DNA of 44,803 nt, counting the filler, from Sphacelaria rigidula (Eukaryota), in NCBI GenBank assembly GCA_964200075.2. It is 2 parts of 2 records of this genome, joined end to end, with 100 filler letters (N's around TTAATTAATTAA, not from the genome) between each part and the next. Parts side by side here need not be neighbours in the genome. Positions count along the whole stretch, not along the records: positions 1 to 22,380 come from CAXNAA020000339.1; 1 more part is not named here. One strand, 5' to 3'. A program made the position numbers and the translations under genes. This document shows, in pieces, positions 1-12,263 of this stretch (its first letter is position 1; each line of letters starts with the position of its first letter). A model generated the notes under the pieces. The model was not told the origin of the DNA. It saw nothing but the letters and a program-made list of their open reading frames with translations, and did no database searches.

Positions 1-1110
1 AAATTGGGCACCATCGCTGAAAGTGTGGGGAAAGCACAATTTTAGGTTTGAACCTCATCTCGGAGTTGAACCTCAATTCGCACAATTTGTTCTTTAATGC
101 TTGACCAGCACTTCTCGCCTTCCCTTCGGACTACTGACCATTTTACTGTTCTGTGCCCGGAGTGTAGCTATCCCCTTGTCCATCTTTGCTGCCTGGTTTT
201 TCGTTATCCCTTCTATCCATGTCCACCTTTGTTTCATCCCGCCGTCGGAATCTTCATTTCTTTTATTCCCTTCACCTTCCCCAATTTCCTCTTGTTTCAG
301 CTGTACCATCGTTTTCACTTCCATCCTACCGTACTTTTGCTCGACATCCACCTCGCGTGGGCCGCTCTCCTTACTCTTACAGCATCTTTCCCTTCCTCAT
401 CTAACCATTTTACTGCTCTGTTGCATACTGTCAGTTTCTTCCCTATGCCTTCACTCGCTGTGTTCTTCACCAGCTGTTCCCATCCTTCTACAATCTTCGC
501 TCCCGCCTGATTTCTTCCCTTTCGGTATCAACTGTTCCTACGCGTTCCAACAGCTCGGAACATTTCACTGCACTATCGGCCATCTTTTCTTGGAACTCTT
601 GCCGTTTACTTTCCATATCTAGTTAACCGATTCTCCATTTGTACAATTTCCTACCCCGCTTATTTGTTTTAGCTCTCGTCTGTTGGCGTTCTGTTCATAT
701 TTGGCAATGATCTGTGGTTCCCATGTCCTTCGCGCACACATGTACTTCCTTATCTTCACCATTTCCATGCTCCATCACTATATAGTCGAGAACGGCGCAT
801 TAGATCTCTCCTTTGCATTGCCTCGTCCATGTCCATTGCGCAATTGGCTTTGGTACTCTATCATTCAGCGCCTTTATCTCGTTATGCTCAAGGAACTTGA
901 GCATTTCTGCCCCATTCGTGTTCTTCCTATCTTTTCCGTATTGCCCAGCGATATCATCCGGTTGACCTGCTCTTCCTACCCTCGCTGAATACCGTCCACC
1001 GTACGCTTCGATTCTGGAGGCTTATATATATTCCCTACGAAGAAGTCCTTCGTTCCCCGCCCTCCCGGTACCATTATCCATATGCTCTCGTCGAGTTTCG
1101 TGTCATCTAT
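1..1110 (-). mobile_element. Decayed LINE ORF2 fragment (apurinic-like endonuclease C-terminal half plus linker), 5'-truncated
   Basis: Minus-strand translation gives DESIWIMVPGGRGTKDFFVGNIYKPP, TWTRQC..AVLDYIVME and DMGTTDH endonuclease motifs, then an ORF2-like linker (KGRREVLVKH). Stops and frameshifts present. Runs off the left edge. Confidence 0.75.
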
Positions 1111-1383
1111 ACAGCCCCCCTGGACTCAGAACAAGATCACAAGACTGCTCCAGGGGCTCCCTCACTACGGCTTGGAGACTTCGAAACGGTTGTTATTCAC
1201 AAACACATGGTCTTCGTTTTCGGAAGCAAACACATGCGTGAAGCATGTGATGTTCAAATCCACATAGTCTGCCGATCAGACCCGCAAGTCCGTTAACCAA
1301 TAGAAAACGCCTACAGCAGATTGTTCCACTTGTATATCATCATGAACCTACACGTACGTGTACTGGAGGTGGACTACTCTCCA
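1108..1383 (-). repeat. 3' LTR of the Gypsy element, truncated by the adjacent LINE
   Basis: Matches ~6256-6538 and lacks ~90 bp equivalent to 6167-6255. A purine-rich GGGAGG (minus strand, ~1387-1392) lies just inside it, like a polypurine tract. Confidence 0.85.
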
Positions 1384-1687
1384 GCACCTCCCAAAACTCC
1401 GTACTACTCGACGTAAAACGCGGGTTTGACGAAACAGTAGACACCGACTATCACGTTCATGCTACCTTTGTCCCCCCGGTAGTGACGCGCGACCTTGTAC
1501 TGTTATGTTCCACAAAGAAATGTTAACGTCCACAACCCTGAACATTGACACTGAAAGACAATGTCTCAAGCGAACTCAGGGAAGTCAACCATTGTTCGAC
1601 GGCAATTTCCACGCATAGCATTCTCACACAAAGCAAACGTGCGAAGCATAGTACCATCTCAACCAGCAGCATTCGATATCATCATAT

Positions 1688-2990
1688 TTAAATCTTCATA
1701 CCACACTTTGCCTTCAAACGTGCTCGCAACGTTTTAATTAGTCCCAACTTACGCAGCTCACATTTTACAAATTGCGGGGCTCCGTCCAAAATATTTTTCA
1801 GAGGCTCCCACGAGTTCTTATCTTGGCCAAATCCCACCCACACTCCTTGTACATAAAATCCATCTCCTGCTTCGTCCTCAGGTATACCGACAATAGCCGC
1901 CATCTCGAACTCGCTTTGTGCAAAAGCATACAGGAACACCTCCTTAACATCAGCCGTAATATTCAGCTCCTTGTCCGCGTAAAATCAAAGGCGGGCGACA
2001 TGCACATCCTGTACCTCGCCATTCACAATGTTCTGTACCCCGTACACATGTTGTTATTCCACCGTCACAATCCGCCAAGGTCCCGTCCATGTACTCACAA
2101 CCTTCGGCGTAGTTCCCGAATGCCTCACCCTCGCCGCCAGCGCGTAATCGTCCACCACAAAGTTATGAAGGTTCCCCTTAATAGCCACACGTCTCTGTAA
2201 ATCGCGATTCTTGTCGACACGCTGCGCCACCTTTTTGTGCAGCTGTTGCTGAGCCTCAACGATTGACGTCACCTGTCGCCTCAAAGCGTCTTTGTCAAGC
2301 ACATCGACGCTCCATTCGGCCCCAGTTGACGATGCCAGAGTAGATAAACTGGTGCGCGGTGCCCGGCCAAACATAACATGGTATGGTGTGCTAGCATAAC
2401 GCTCTCGGAAAGCAGTTTTTAATGCCCACTGCACTGCAGGTGCCAAACTCTCCCAATCACGAATATCACGACTTTCCTCTTGCAAGATTGCCTTCTAGGT
2501 ACGAACAATCTCACGCATCATTCGCTCACAGGTACCATTAGACCACGGCGAGTTAGCAACCGCGAATCGGAGATCCAGCTTCAGCGTTTTCTCAAGCGCT
2601 CTCATCACACGATTCTTGAAATGCGACGCCGTATCGCAGACCCATACCTCTGGCGACCCCAACGTTTTGCACCACGTCAACAGATGCTTCACCGTCGTCG
2701 CCGCCGTACAATACTCCGCGGGCTCCAACCACACGAAGTTGCTCAAATCGTCCATCATGATTCATTAAACCCGTCTCCTTAGTCTGAGCAACTCTTTCCC
2801 AGGGTCCACTTTCGCCAACGTAGGGAAAATCAAAATGCAGCACCTCCCCTGGGCGGGTACCACGCACCCATGCACCTTCTCCCCGAAGGGACGGGACCTT
2901 CTTCCCCGCCTTGGAATCCAAACAGTGCAGGCACTGCTTCACAAACTCAGTCACATAAGTCTCCATCCGGAACGAACAACATCAGTCTTG
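1688..2990 (-). pseudogene. Gypsy integrase plus C-terminal chromodomain remnant
   Basis: KQCLHC zinc finger, D..D..E core (LHFDF, VCDTASHF, GTCER), GPY/F-like WTGPW, chromodomain VWVGFGQDKNSWEPLKNI. Confidence 0.88.
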
Positions 2991-3299
2991 TAAGCGTTGT
3001 AAAGTTGCCACAACCCCTCGTTGACCAGCCCCTTTCATGCGAGCGCATACGATCTAGCGTGTTTGTAATTTTTTCGCTTCCAGCGGGATCCACGGTACAT
3101 CCCTCCCTGCAACATGCACGCGAAACAAACCTGGGCCACGAAACTACCCCAATGAAGATTCGGTGGGTCTGGAAACATCATCACCTCATTGCCCTTCTTG
3201 GGATGTGACAGAGCAACAGCATGTGCCACCAAGTCTTGCGCCGCTGTCCAAGCTTGCGCACGCTCAAACGTCCACGCCGCCTCCGTGATTATCCTGCTT

Positions 3300-4090
3300 G
3301 AAGCAACCCGCTATGTACGGCCCACGTTGCCCACCATATTCTCCTCGAGCAGGAGACGAAGATGCTCCAACACTTCAGCAAAGCGCGGAAGAGACGTCCG
3401 CAGCCAATTTACCGCTTGCGAAAATTGCATCAACTCGCCCGCAGTTTGAGGACGCCTCATACTCGCCAAACCGCTCAGCCGCTGCCTGTCGTGAGCCACC
3501 TGCCCACCCGAGAGAATCTTTCCGCATCACGTAATTTGCGTATCATAAAACATACACTTTTGTGCAGCCGCAAAAAGACCAGCATCCTCGAGGCGGCTTG
3601 AGATCGCAGTCAGCGTGAACAGCAAGTCATCTTCATCTGCCGCCCACCACGAGATGTCATCTACCCACACCTTACGTGGAAGTCTACTCAATAGCTTCGT
3701 CATAGTGCCCTGAAAATATCCCGTAGCGCGTTGAGTATCCCTTGAGGCACGCGCCTGGGCGTAATTGACCCGTCAAGGGTTGCGATAGTGAAGATTTCTC
3801 GGGCATCTGCCGTTAACGGCATCTGCCAGTATCCCTGCAGCATGTCTAGCTTTCCAAACCAAGCAGCCCCTATCAAATCCGCAATCTCCGCTTCTTGGTT
3901 TAGCATCACAGTCGGCACTTTCTCAGTCTGCTTATTAACGGCACGGTAATCACTTACAAGTCTGAAACCGCCCTTTATAGGCGTCGCAACAGCCGCGCTC
4001 GCCCATACTGCTTGCAAACTGCGATACACAAGCCCGAGCGTCACCAACATCGCCATGCAACGTGCCAACCATGCCATCTTAAACGCCACA
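3300..4090 (-). pseudogene. Gypsy reverse transcriptase remnant
   Basis: GGFRLVSDYRAVNK, LDMLQGYWQMPL, RVPQG, frameshifted KVWVDDI, and thumb region ELMQF..AVNWLR. Confidence 0.88.
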
Positions 4091-5495
4091 GCACCAGGTT
4101 TTGAAAGTCACCGTGAGAGGCTTGACACGAGCGGGCGGATCACCACGTAGCGCTCGCCGAAAAGCATTCGCACGGCGTATTACAAGCTCGCGAAGCTTAT
4201 CCACGCCGCTCTCAGACATACCATTATTGACAGCTGCTAGTACCGCCTCCTCCAGCGCGACCTTACGCTCAGCCAGCTCTTGTTCGGGGGTCATACTCAG
4301 CTCCGGACCGCGCGACACCAACCGCCCGACTGAGAGACCCACGGGCTCCCCCCGATCACCTTGGTGCTGCAGAGCCTCAACCGCGATGTTGATACGCCGA
4401 CAATTCTTGAATTCAGGTGTGTCTACACCACGCACCGAAGTGTTTCTCGCGCGCGCACAGGTACCTAAACTGCTGTACACGTCGATGCCAAGATCCTCTA
4501 GCATAGGACTCTCCATGATAATGACATAATCGGTACCCGGCATGACCACATAGGAGCATAGGTCCAATAGAACCGGACCCCAGCTGGTGTGCGAAGCGGT
4601 GCGGACAGGGCAAGGTTTATGCTTCACGCGCTCAACATTGCCATTAGCCAATTTCACCAACTGTTCACCAGCCATTGGTCTCACCAACTTGAACACCTGG
4701 AACCATGGCTTGCAATTTCGCCGCCACACCAGCTGACATGTTTGTAAGTCCAGATCCTGAATCTGAAATAGCCGTGACCGGACAAACACCCTTTGCCCCT
4801 GCACTCGGGACAGACAAGTCGGCAAGACAGCACATTTCCTTGTTACTACTTGCAGACCCTCAGATTGAAAACCTGACACCTCACCCGCTTTGAGCGATCT
4901 CCATGATGGCACCGCTGCAGATTTCGAAACCGCCAGCGAGTGCGATGAAGTGGTCTGCTGTACGCCACTAGTAGAAGCGACCGGTTGTAGTGGCGACGTC
5001 GCTCTCACGCTGAGAGCGCTTTGCCCATCGGCTGAAAATGCAGCCCTTGTAGGGGCGGGACTCGTGCCCCCTCCGCGAGGTACCTATCCAGGGCCCTGCG
5101 ACAGCTGCTGCTGTTGTTGTTGCTGCTTGTCGCCAGCCTTCATCTGCCCACCGCCACTACGTTGTGTAGCAGCAACGTGGCCTTGCTGCTTGCAATCCTT
5201 CCGGAAATGGCCCTTCAAGGTTGTCTCCACATCTGAAACATCCCGCATAGTTTGAGCCGGATTTTCTGGTTGTCCCGGAACTGGCAGTCCCAATTCCACT
5301 GCTCGCCGTTTTTTCACCATTCGGTTGGCGCTTGCGTCCGAAAGTCCCGCTACTACTCTTTTGTTTCAGCTGCGGCTGCTGACGGCGCTGCTCATCCCTG
5401 CTCATCCCCCGCTTCCATGGTCTTCCATGCCTCCGCTGCTTCCCGACCCCTGTCATACACAAGCCCAAGGTCCTCCTTCCACCCCCCCTTCATGC

Positions 5496-6098
5496 TCAAT
5501 ATGTTGAGGACTTTGGTTTGAAATGTGAGGGGGTTAGTCCATTCAACATTTCCCGCATTATGATTTGAGCGGGTCCTGGTTTGAAAATTGCACCATCGCG
5601 AAACGCACGCTCGGCGCTAGCATTCTCCGCAACGACTTCCTGCAGGGCACCCCACTGCCCTTCTACTTTTTCCATTGCAGTTTGCTCGTTGCGGGCCGCC
5701 AACGCTTTCCGCACACTAGCGGCAACAATCGAAGGATCAATTTCTCCATCCTTCCAACATTTCGCATGTCGGCCTAGTGCCTCCTTGAGATCATCTTCGG
5801 AAAGCACGGATCCATAACAACTCATGCGTGAAAGACAAGCACGAATGCGCTTCGTCATCAGTTCTGTAAAAGTCAATAAGACGGCCTGCACGGCACGTCC
5901 CTTATTGTTCAACTTGACCGCCTCCTCATACTTGACGTATTTCTGATCAAAGCGTCGGGACGCATTTTCGCTGAAACGCCGTCCGTATTCTGGGGCTTTC
6001 AGCGATCCAGGAGGCATATGCTCAGTAAACGTATACTTCATCTCTTCGCCTGCATCGCCATCACCTACTTTCTTGCGCGCTGCCATAGCTGCACGCAA
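5496..6098 (-). pseudogene. Gypsy gag remnant
   Basis: 200-aa ORF just downstream of the 5' LTR/PBS, followed after frameshifts by CCHC knuckle pieces and a polyQ tract. Confidence 0.7.
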
Positions 6099-6166
6099 CA
6101 GTTCCAGCCAATCTAGCCGTCTCTTTGTTGCCAGCGAGCTCCCTCACGTTAGGGAGTGCACACCAC

Positions 6167-6538
6167 TGTGTACAAATTTTGATATAAATTCTCCGCAGCT
6201 GCCTACAGCTGAAAAACCTCTCCCAGAAACCAGCGGGTTCCTCTTAATAAACGTTTATTATAGAGCCCTTCTGGACTCAGAAAAAGGTCACAAGACTGCT
6301 CCAGGGGCTTCCTCCCTCACCACGGCTTGGAGACTTCAAGACAATTGTTGTTCACAAACACATGGTCTTCGTTATCGGAAGTAAACACATGCTCATAGCA
6401 TGTGATGTTCAAATCCACATACTCCGCCGAGCAGACCCGCAAGTCCGTCGACCAATAGAAAACGCCTACAGCAGATTGTTCCACTTATATATCATCATGA
6501 ACCTACACGTACGTGTACTGGAGGTGGACTACTCTACA
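6167..6538 (-). repeat. 5' LTR of the Gypsy element (TG...CA, 372 bp)
   Basis: Starts TG at 6167 and ends CA at 6538. Aligns with 1108-1383. On the minus strand TGGTG follows 1 nt after the LTR (6161-6165), the expected start of a primer-binding site. Confidence 0.88.
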
Positions 6539-9350
6539 TCGGCCCCCGGCACAGCAGCCCCTCGTTTGTGACGGTGGTCTGAGTTTCTTTTGTCCGCGCC
6601 AGGCCACATGTCCTCAAACTCTTCCGCTTATATTCCGATTTCAATATACCATTTACCCATGTTCTTCGTGGCAGTGACCCAATCGTATGCATCGTTGAAC
6701 TCTACACTGTACCCGCACCATTTCCGTCGGGCGCTCTACGAAAGAATCTTGTAGTGATTTCGATGTTTCCTGCGGAAGCCAGCCACTAGCGACATGAGCT
6801 TGTGACGGGCAGTCCGCAGACTGTCGACATCGTCAGAAAATAGCGTTCATGTAGCACATCCATACAACAGAGTTTCTACCACCTCCGCTTGAGGCAGCCG
6901 AATCTTCAAGAATAGCTTGGCGTTGGGTCGGTTGTGGAGTTGGGAGCTCAATATTTGGATACGTGCCCACGCCGCGCTGATACGGCGGTTCATTTCGATG
7001 ACATTTTCGCATCCACGCTGATAGCTCCACCAAGGAAGATGAACTTTCCCGTCTGCTTATACTGTTGACCGCCAGCTTCGAAATCCAGGGCGGCCTCTGT
7101 GGGACTGGGTACGTACCAAAGCCGCATCGGACACTGTCTTCCTCTCGGAGACCATCAGGCCGAATTCTTGGCACATCATCATTCTCACGGCCATCATTCG
7201 AGCAAGGCTGTCTGAGGTCTTCGAGGCTATGCCGGCGTCGTCCGCGTGAAGCATTGCCCACACCGCGCGTCGCATGTTTTCCACCGGCGTCTTTTCCACG
7301 GGTTTACCACCGTCACCTTTTGGTACACCATCTAGAAAGACCAAATGTGAGACAATTACTGGGTCCGCCACAAACCGCTGAACGATCATCTCCACCAAGG
7401 CTTCTCCAAAGATGTTGAACAACAGCGGGGACGAAGCACCTCCTTGTCTGAGTCTCTGGCAGACGTGGAACCATGCTGATCGTTCGCCACTCTCTAGCTG
7501 TACCCGAGCTCGCATGCCGTCGTGATACATATGGATGATCGTGATCATTTGTGACGGGACTCCGAACAGAGCAAGCACTTCCCACAGGGGCGTGCGGTCT
7601 ACGGAATGGTATGATTCGTGCAGATCGACAAAGCACATGTTCATCGGGACTTTGCTCACCCGCCAACTCCGGAAATCGGCGTACTACAAACATCATGTCT
7701 GTGGTCGATCTTTGGCGCCTAAGTCCGCATTGTGTTTCTGAGAAGACTTATGTTTTCTCATAAACATTACTGACCTGTTGGCTACGATTATGAGGAGAGC
7801 TTGAGCAGTATGTGACACATGTGAAATGCCTTTGTATTCACCACACTCGGTCCTATTCTGTTTTTGTGTAGCACTTTGATAGTGATATCTTCCCATTGTT
7901 GCGGCACCTCGCCCGATGTCCAAACCGCTGAGACGATGCTGTGTAAGTGGTGAACAATCTCCGACGTCTTCCCGTTCAGTTCACACTTCCGGAGTTCAGC
8001 AGAAATATCATCCGGACCGGTTGCTTTGCCGTTCGACATAGCTGTCAGAGCCTCCTCAGTTTCAATTGGGCTTGGCGGGTCTCCTGTTGTCAGCGCCATT
8101 AGTCGTGTAGCAATTATCTCGATGGCTGTTCGGTCGATAGTCGTCGATATAGCGTTCAACACTGTAGAGAAATGACGCTTCCGTCTCCCAATGACCAAGC
8201 CTTCGTCCCGAATGTACTGCTTACTCTCGATTGGTCGTCCAGACAGTCTTCATCCTCCGTTGAGTACCACCCTCCCATGCCCCCCGCTCGAGTATGTGTT
8301 GTCGTCCTATGTATTCTGGACGCCGGTCTACACCTTTCGGTCAAATATGTGGGCGCACCAGCCGGGTTCACACGGGAGGCAGGTCAACACAGGAGGGTTT
8401 TTTTCAGTACTCCGCCTTACTTCTGCGGTGCTTGCCTTCATTTTTTATCGCGAGAGGGGTTCAGCAGTCTCTGTCCCTTGTCGACCATTAAGTCGTTTTG
8501 GGGTACTCACAACACAGTCGCCTTCCACTTTCGGGCATTGTGTGAGAAACAATTCCAGACCGCTCCGATATCCGAAATCACGATCCAACCGTCGAAGGTT
8601 TCGAGGTTACCAACTGAGCCACCGGGGCGACCGGCGAGCTACATGTAGCGGGTGTACCCCTCTAGTTCTCCAGCATACACATCCAAAACTATGTCCACCC
8701 CAACTTGCATCACCTTTTTGATCTTTTTGCATGCTACTCGTGATGTGCGCCATGCGGGTTTATCTCAAGATGATCCCAGTCTCCCCGTTGATCTCGCCCT
8801 TTCCCTCTTCATCCAGGCCTGTTCGAACTCCGTTCTGATTCAGCATCCTCAAACCACTCCGGTAAACGTGGCTGTCGGGTCAACCGGGGTACCACCTATC
8901 CAGCGGTACTAAGAGTACATCGGCGAAGGCCGTAGCCAGTGAACTACCTCCATCACCAGGTATACTCTCTTTGAGCTCGCCGACGAGTAGCTGGGTTAGC
9001 TGCTTACGTCTACCGGGGTCAGAAGCTATTGCCCGTCTGTCGATCGGTGTACGCCCAACTGGGATTCGTCTACTTCTGTTGTGTGCAAAACGACCAAGGA
9101 GCTGCACTGAGGCGTAGACGATAATGTAGTCAGAGTCCGGCCAAATGGGGGGTTGAAGGTGGACGGTGACATTGTGAACAAGCCTGCGTTTCTTGTCCGC
9201 GGGGCAATTCGCAACGCCGTTAAACGTACGCGATGTGTTTTTCTTGATGGTGAAAGAGAACGTGTTGACCAGAGGACGCCTGTTGTCGCCTGCGAATTTC
9301 ATTAGAAATTGCCCGCGTGGGACCCCAGAAAAATACCACGGTAATTGGCG
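6539..9350 (-). mobile_element. Decayed RTE-like LINE (endonuclease end + RT + C-terminus), interrupted by a SINE
   Basis: LVNTF and PDSDY endonuclease end; GKATGPDDI and VPQQWED; CFVDL..YHSVDR, LRQG..SPLLFNIF, AMLHADD RT motifs; C-terminal DWVTATKNMGKWY runs directly into the Gypsy LTR. Confidence 0.88.
8295..8635 (-). mobile_element. tRNA-derived SINE, family 1, copy 1
   Basis: Head GCCGGTCGCCCCGGTGGCTCAGTTGG (A box). Body matches 25681-26037 and 35134-35486. CAACACA tail. Sits inside LINE coding sequence. Confidence 0.85.
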
Positions 9351-9369
9351 CATTCATGCGGGTCCTGTT

Positions 9370-11900
9370 TCTTGAAAGCCACCATGGACACGTTCTAGGA
9401 TACCCTCCCCCGAAAACAAGCCCAAACCTCTCACGAAGAAAATTATTGTACTGCGCTTGATGTTTGCTTTCAGGCCGCGCGAAGCACCTCATATGGGCGA
9501 CATTGGCGAAACCAAACACAAGCACGGCAATTCCCAGCTGCTCGTTGTGCTCGGCTTTTTTCATTACTCGTCCAGATTTGGCCTCCCTGAACCAGCCACA
9601 TTTTCACGGGGGGGCTATAGTAGAAAGTGTCCTGAATGATGGTGTGTCTCCACTCTTGCGGCACTACTTCCTGACGCCACACGGTTAGCACGTTATCGTG
9701 GAGGTACTCTTCGGTGCGGCCGAATTCTAATAGTTCGCCACAGATGATGTCCGCCTCAACGGGCTTGCCGTTCATCAGCTAGCCCACCGCTCTTTCCACT
9801 TCTGCGATCGAAAGCTCCGCCGCGAAGAGATGCGTGCTTCGGCATCTTTTCGACGAAAAAGTTGACAGAGTGGTCGATCGTAGGCAAGGTTGTGTTCAGT
9901 AGTGCTTCGAATCATTCGTTACATCGTTGCAGGATAGCCCACTTGTCCCGCAACCGGTCGCCAGTTGCGCTTCTGACGTCATTCGAGTCGCTCTGCTTCT
10001 CGCCTTCTAATAGCAAGGATTTGATATGCTGATACAGCCCTGCTCGATACGTGTTGTGAACAAGCTCCGCGACCCGGACTGTGACCTCGTGAATGATGTT
10101 TTACAGCTCAGTACCCTTCACCCGTTTCGAAGCCTTGTCCATCACCTTCGGCGCTTTCTTCAGGACAGCATCTTGTAATTTGCTCGCAGTTCCTTCCATG
10201 TTATTTCCCGGAGATCTCACGCCTTTTGGAGGCGATCATAAGCTTGAGTCGACTCACCGAAACCTCTAGTTGGGGCTTTCTAGGGGCATCGAGGGAGTGT
10301 CTCCGCGATCGTATGTCAGTAGGGCGCTGGCGAAGGTCAACGCCCTGCCGTTGATATCCATTACTGCGGGGCAACTGGTCACATTCTGCAGTCTGGCAAT
10401 AATGACCTGTTAGATAGTCGCTCTCCAGCATCGGTCGGACGCGAGGGCTTTGCGGTCGAAACGCAGTTCCCTATCCCCGTCTCCCGGTTTCGGTTGGCCG
10501 TTGGGAGCGTTCCGTCCGAGGAAACGGATGGCAGCTGAGACGAGACGATGGTCCGGTCTCATCTCGGGCTGCATGGTGACGCTTCGGACGAGCCTGCCGT
10601 CTTGCTGACGTACTAGGATGTTGTCCAGGCGCCAGCGGTGTTTGACCGGCCGCATACGTATATACGGTCGAGCTTCCCCCAGAACTGGTGTGCGAAACAA
10701 TGTGTTGGTGACGGCAATTGAATGCTCCGCATTTCAATAGACGTCTACCATGATCGTTGCGGGTGTCTCATACCTTTCCAAATACCCGAACGCCGTCCAT
10801 GCCTCCTCCTTCTCTCCTTTCGGCACGACCATTGGCATCCATCAGTCGGTGACTCTTCGGTAGCCACTGGTGTGTGTCTGTATCTACTCTGGTGCCCTGA
10901 ATCCCGTAGGCCTTTTTTTGATCATTTCTTTGTACTTTACTCTTGTTTTCCTTTTTTCTTGTTTTAGGTCGGCCATTTCTTTCTGTGCTTTGCTTTTGTT
11001 GACTTTTTATGAATTTTGTTTGTCACGAGTTAGTCTGCTATGACGTTCTGTTCGACCCCTCTTTTTTTTCTGTTCCTGTTTTTTTTGTCTGCTTCCTTCT
11101 TTTTTCCTTCGAGCGTGTTTCAGTTTCGTTTTGTTGGGTACGTCTACCATGAGACCACGGCTGGATCCCTGGGGGGTCAGTTAATGTGCGACAATCAATC
11201 AATAAATCAATCAATCAATCATGAGTACTAAAAGATCATTGGCGGGCACTTCAGCGATGGAACAACTTGTGGCTCCACAGAACCTGGTTTTTTCAGAACC
11301 TCGGGCTGTCTCAGTAGGGGAATACCCTACGATGAAGATTGTTACAACTCTATACCTAGAAGCTACTCGTACCTTGAGGATCCCGGCACTCATGTGTTTG
11401 GGGGCGATGTCCTCTGGGTCCAATGTGCTGACGATTGAATCCTTGATAGCAAGGCCGACTGCGAGCATTCCCGGTTGACCTCCGTCTCCATGGCAGTGGT
11501 CACTGCAGGGAACGATATATCCTGCTCCTTGTGCATGGAAGATTGTTCGACTATCGCGACTGGTTTCTCGTAGGGTGACGAAATCACAGTTATACTTGGA
11601 TGTAAAAGGCAGCAGGTCCTCTGCATGGCCTGTGCCATTGAAACCGCTCTCAGCTATGGTCCGTACATTCTAATTGACCACGAACAGCTCTTTCGACCAA
11701 GACTCCGCCCCCGCGGTAGTAGGATTGGCGCGAGCCTTAGCTTTGGCTTCTCCCTGAGCTAGGCGTGCGTTTCTTCTGTTCCTCCGTTTTGCCACATCTG
11801 GTCCTGTTGGTGTTTGATACAGCATATGTGCTCTACTCTCTGTTTCCACGCACTTTCTATCTACGCCAGTCCTCGCCTCTTCGTCCCCACGCATAGGTTG
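9370..11900 (-). mobile_element. Second decayed RTE-like LINE (endonuclease and RT N-terminus)
   Basis: NVRT..LRETSR, VGLAIK, VGYSPTE, RLDNILVRQQD..RPDHRLV endonuclease motifs; VWRQEVVPQEWRH RT start. Interrupted at ~10741-11220. Confidence 0.85.
10741..11220 (+). mobile_element. Retroelement 3' fragment with pyrimidine-rich UTR and (TCAA)n tail
   Basis: Ends GGGGGTCAGTTAATGTGCGACAATCAATCAAT; the same terminus recurs at ~31196-31270 (-), ~32575-32740 (+) and weakly ~41445-41500 (+). Confidence 0.7.
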
Positions 11901-12052
11901 AGCGGGCCCCACGCACGTCGACCTCCATCAAGTCGACATTCTTACTTACACGCACACCGCTGTCTGCTCTCCGAGCTACGGCGACAACGTTTTCGGCGGC
12001 AACGATGACTACTCCGTCAGCGGAGGAAGGGCGTGTTTGATATCATCACCAT

Positions 12053-12263
12053 TGTAATGCGTGAGAGGACCGCGTGCTTAGAGGACCGCACCGTGATTTA
12101 AAACACCTCAGGAGCGACGTTTTTCAACACTAATCGGGTCAGGCTCTGGAGGTACCACGCCCCTGACCATAACTCTAAAACTAACCGTAACCCTGACCCT
12201 CACCAAAGTGATGTTCAAATTCCGATGCGGCTCTCTAAGCATGCGGTCCTCTCACGCATTACA
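12053..12263. mobile_element. MITE with ~41 bp TIRs (TGTAATGC...GCATTACA) and 5-bp TSD ACCAT
   Basis: ACCAT at 12048-12052 and 12264-12268. Left TIR TGTAATGCGTGAGAGGACCGC is matched by its reverse complement at the right end. Interior has degenerate TAACCC-like repeats. Confidence 0.9.

Larger units (their letters stand above)
1108..6538 (-). mobile_element. Decayed Ty3/Gypsy LTR retrotransposon with chromodomain (chromovirus-like)
   Basis: Direct repeats at ~1108-1383 and 6167-6538. Internal order: gag (5496-6098), split zinc knuckle (CFRCG / GHFRKDC), protease-like region, RT (LDMLQGYWQMPL, PQG, KVWVDDI), RNase H remnant, integrase (KQCLHC, LHFDF, DTASHF, SNGTCER, WTGPW), chromodomain. Many frameshifts and stops. 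Confidence 0.93.

Noticed and set aside
94-988. Hydrophobic plus-strand ORFs as membrane proteins
   Set aside because: Antisense to purine-rich LINE coding sequence.
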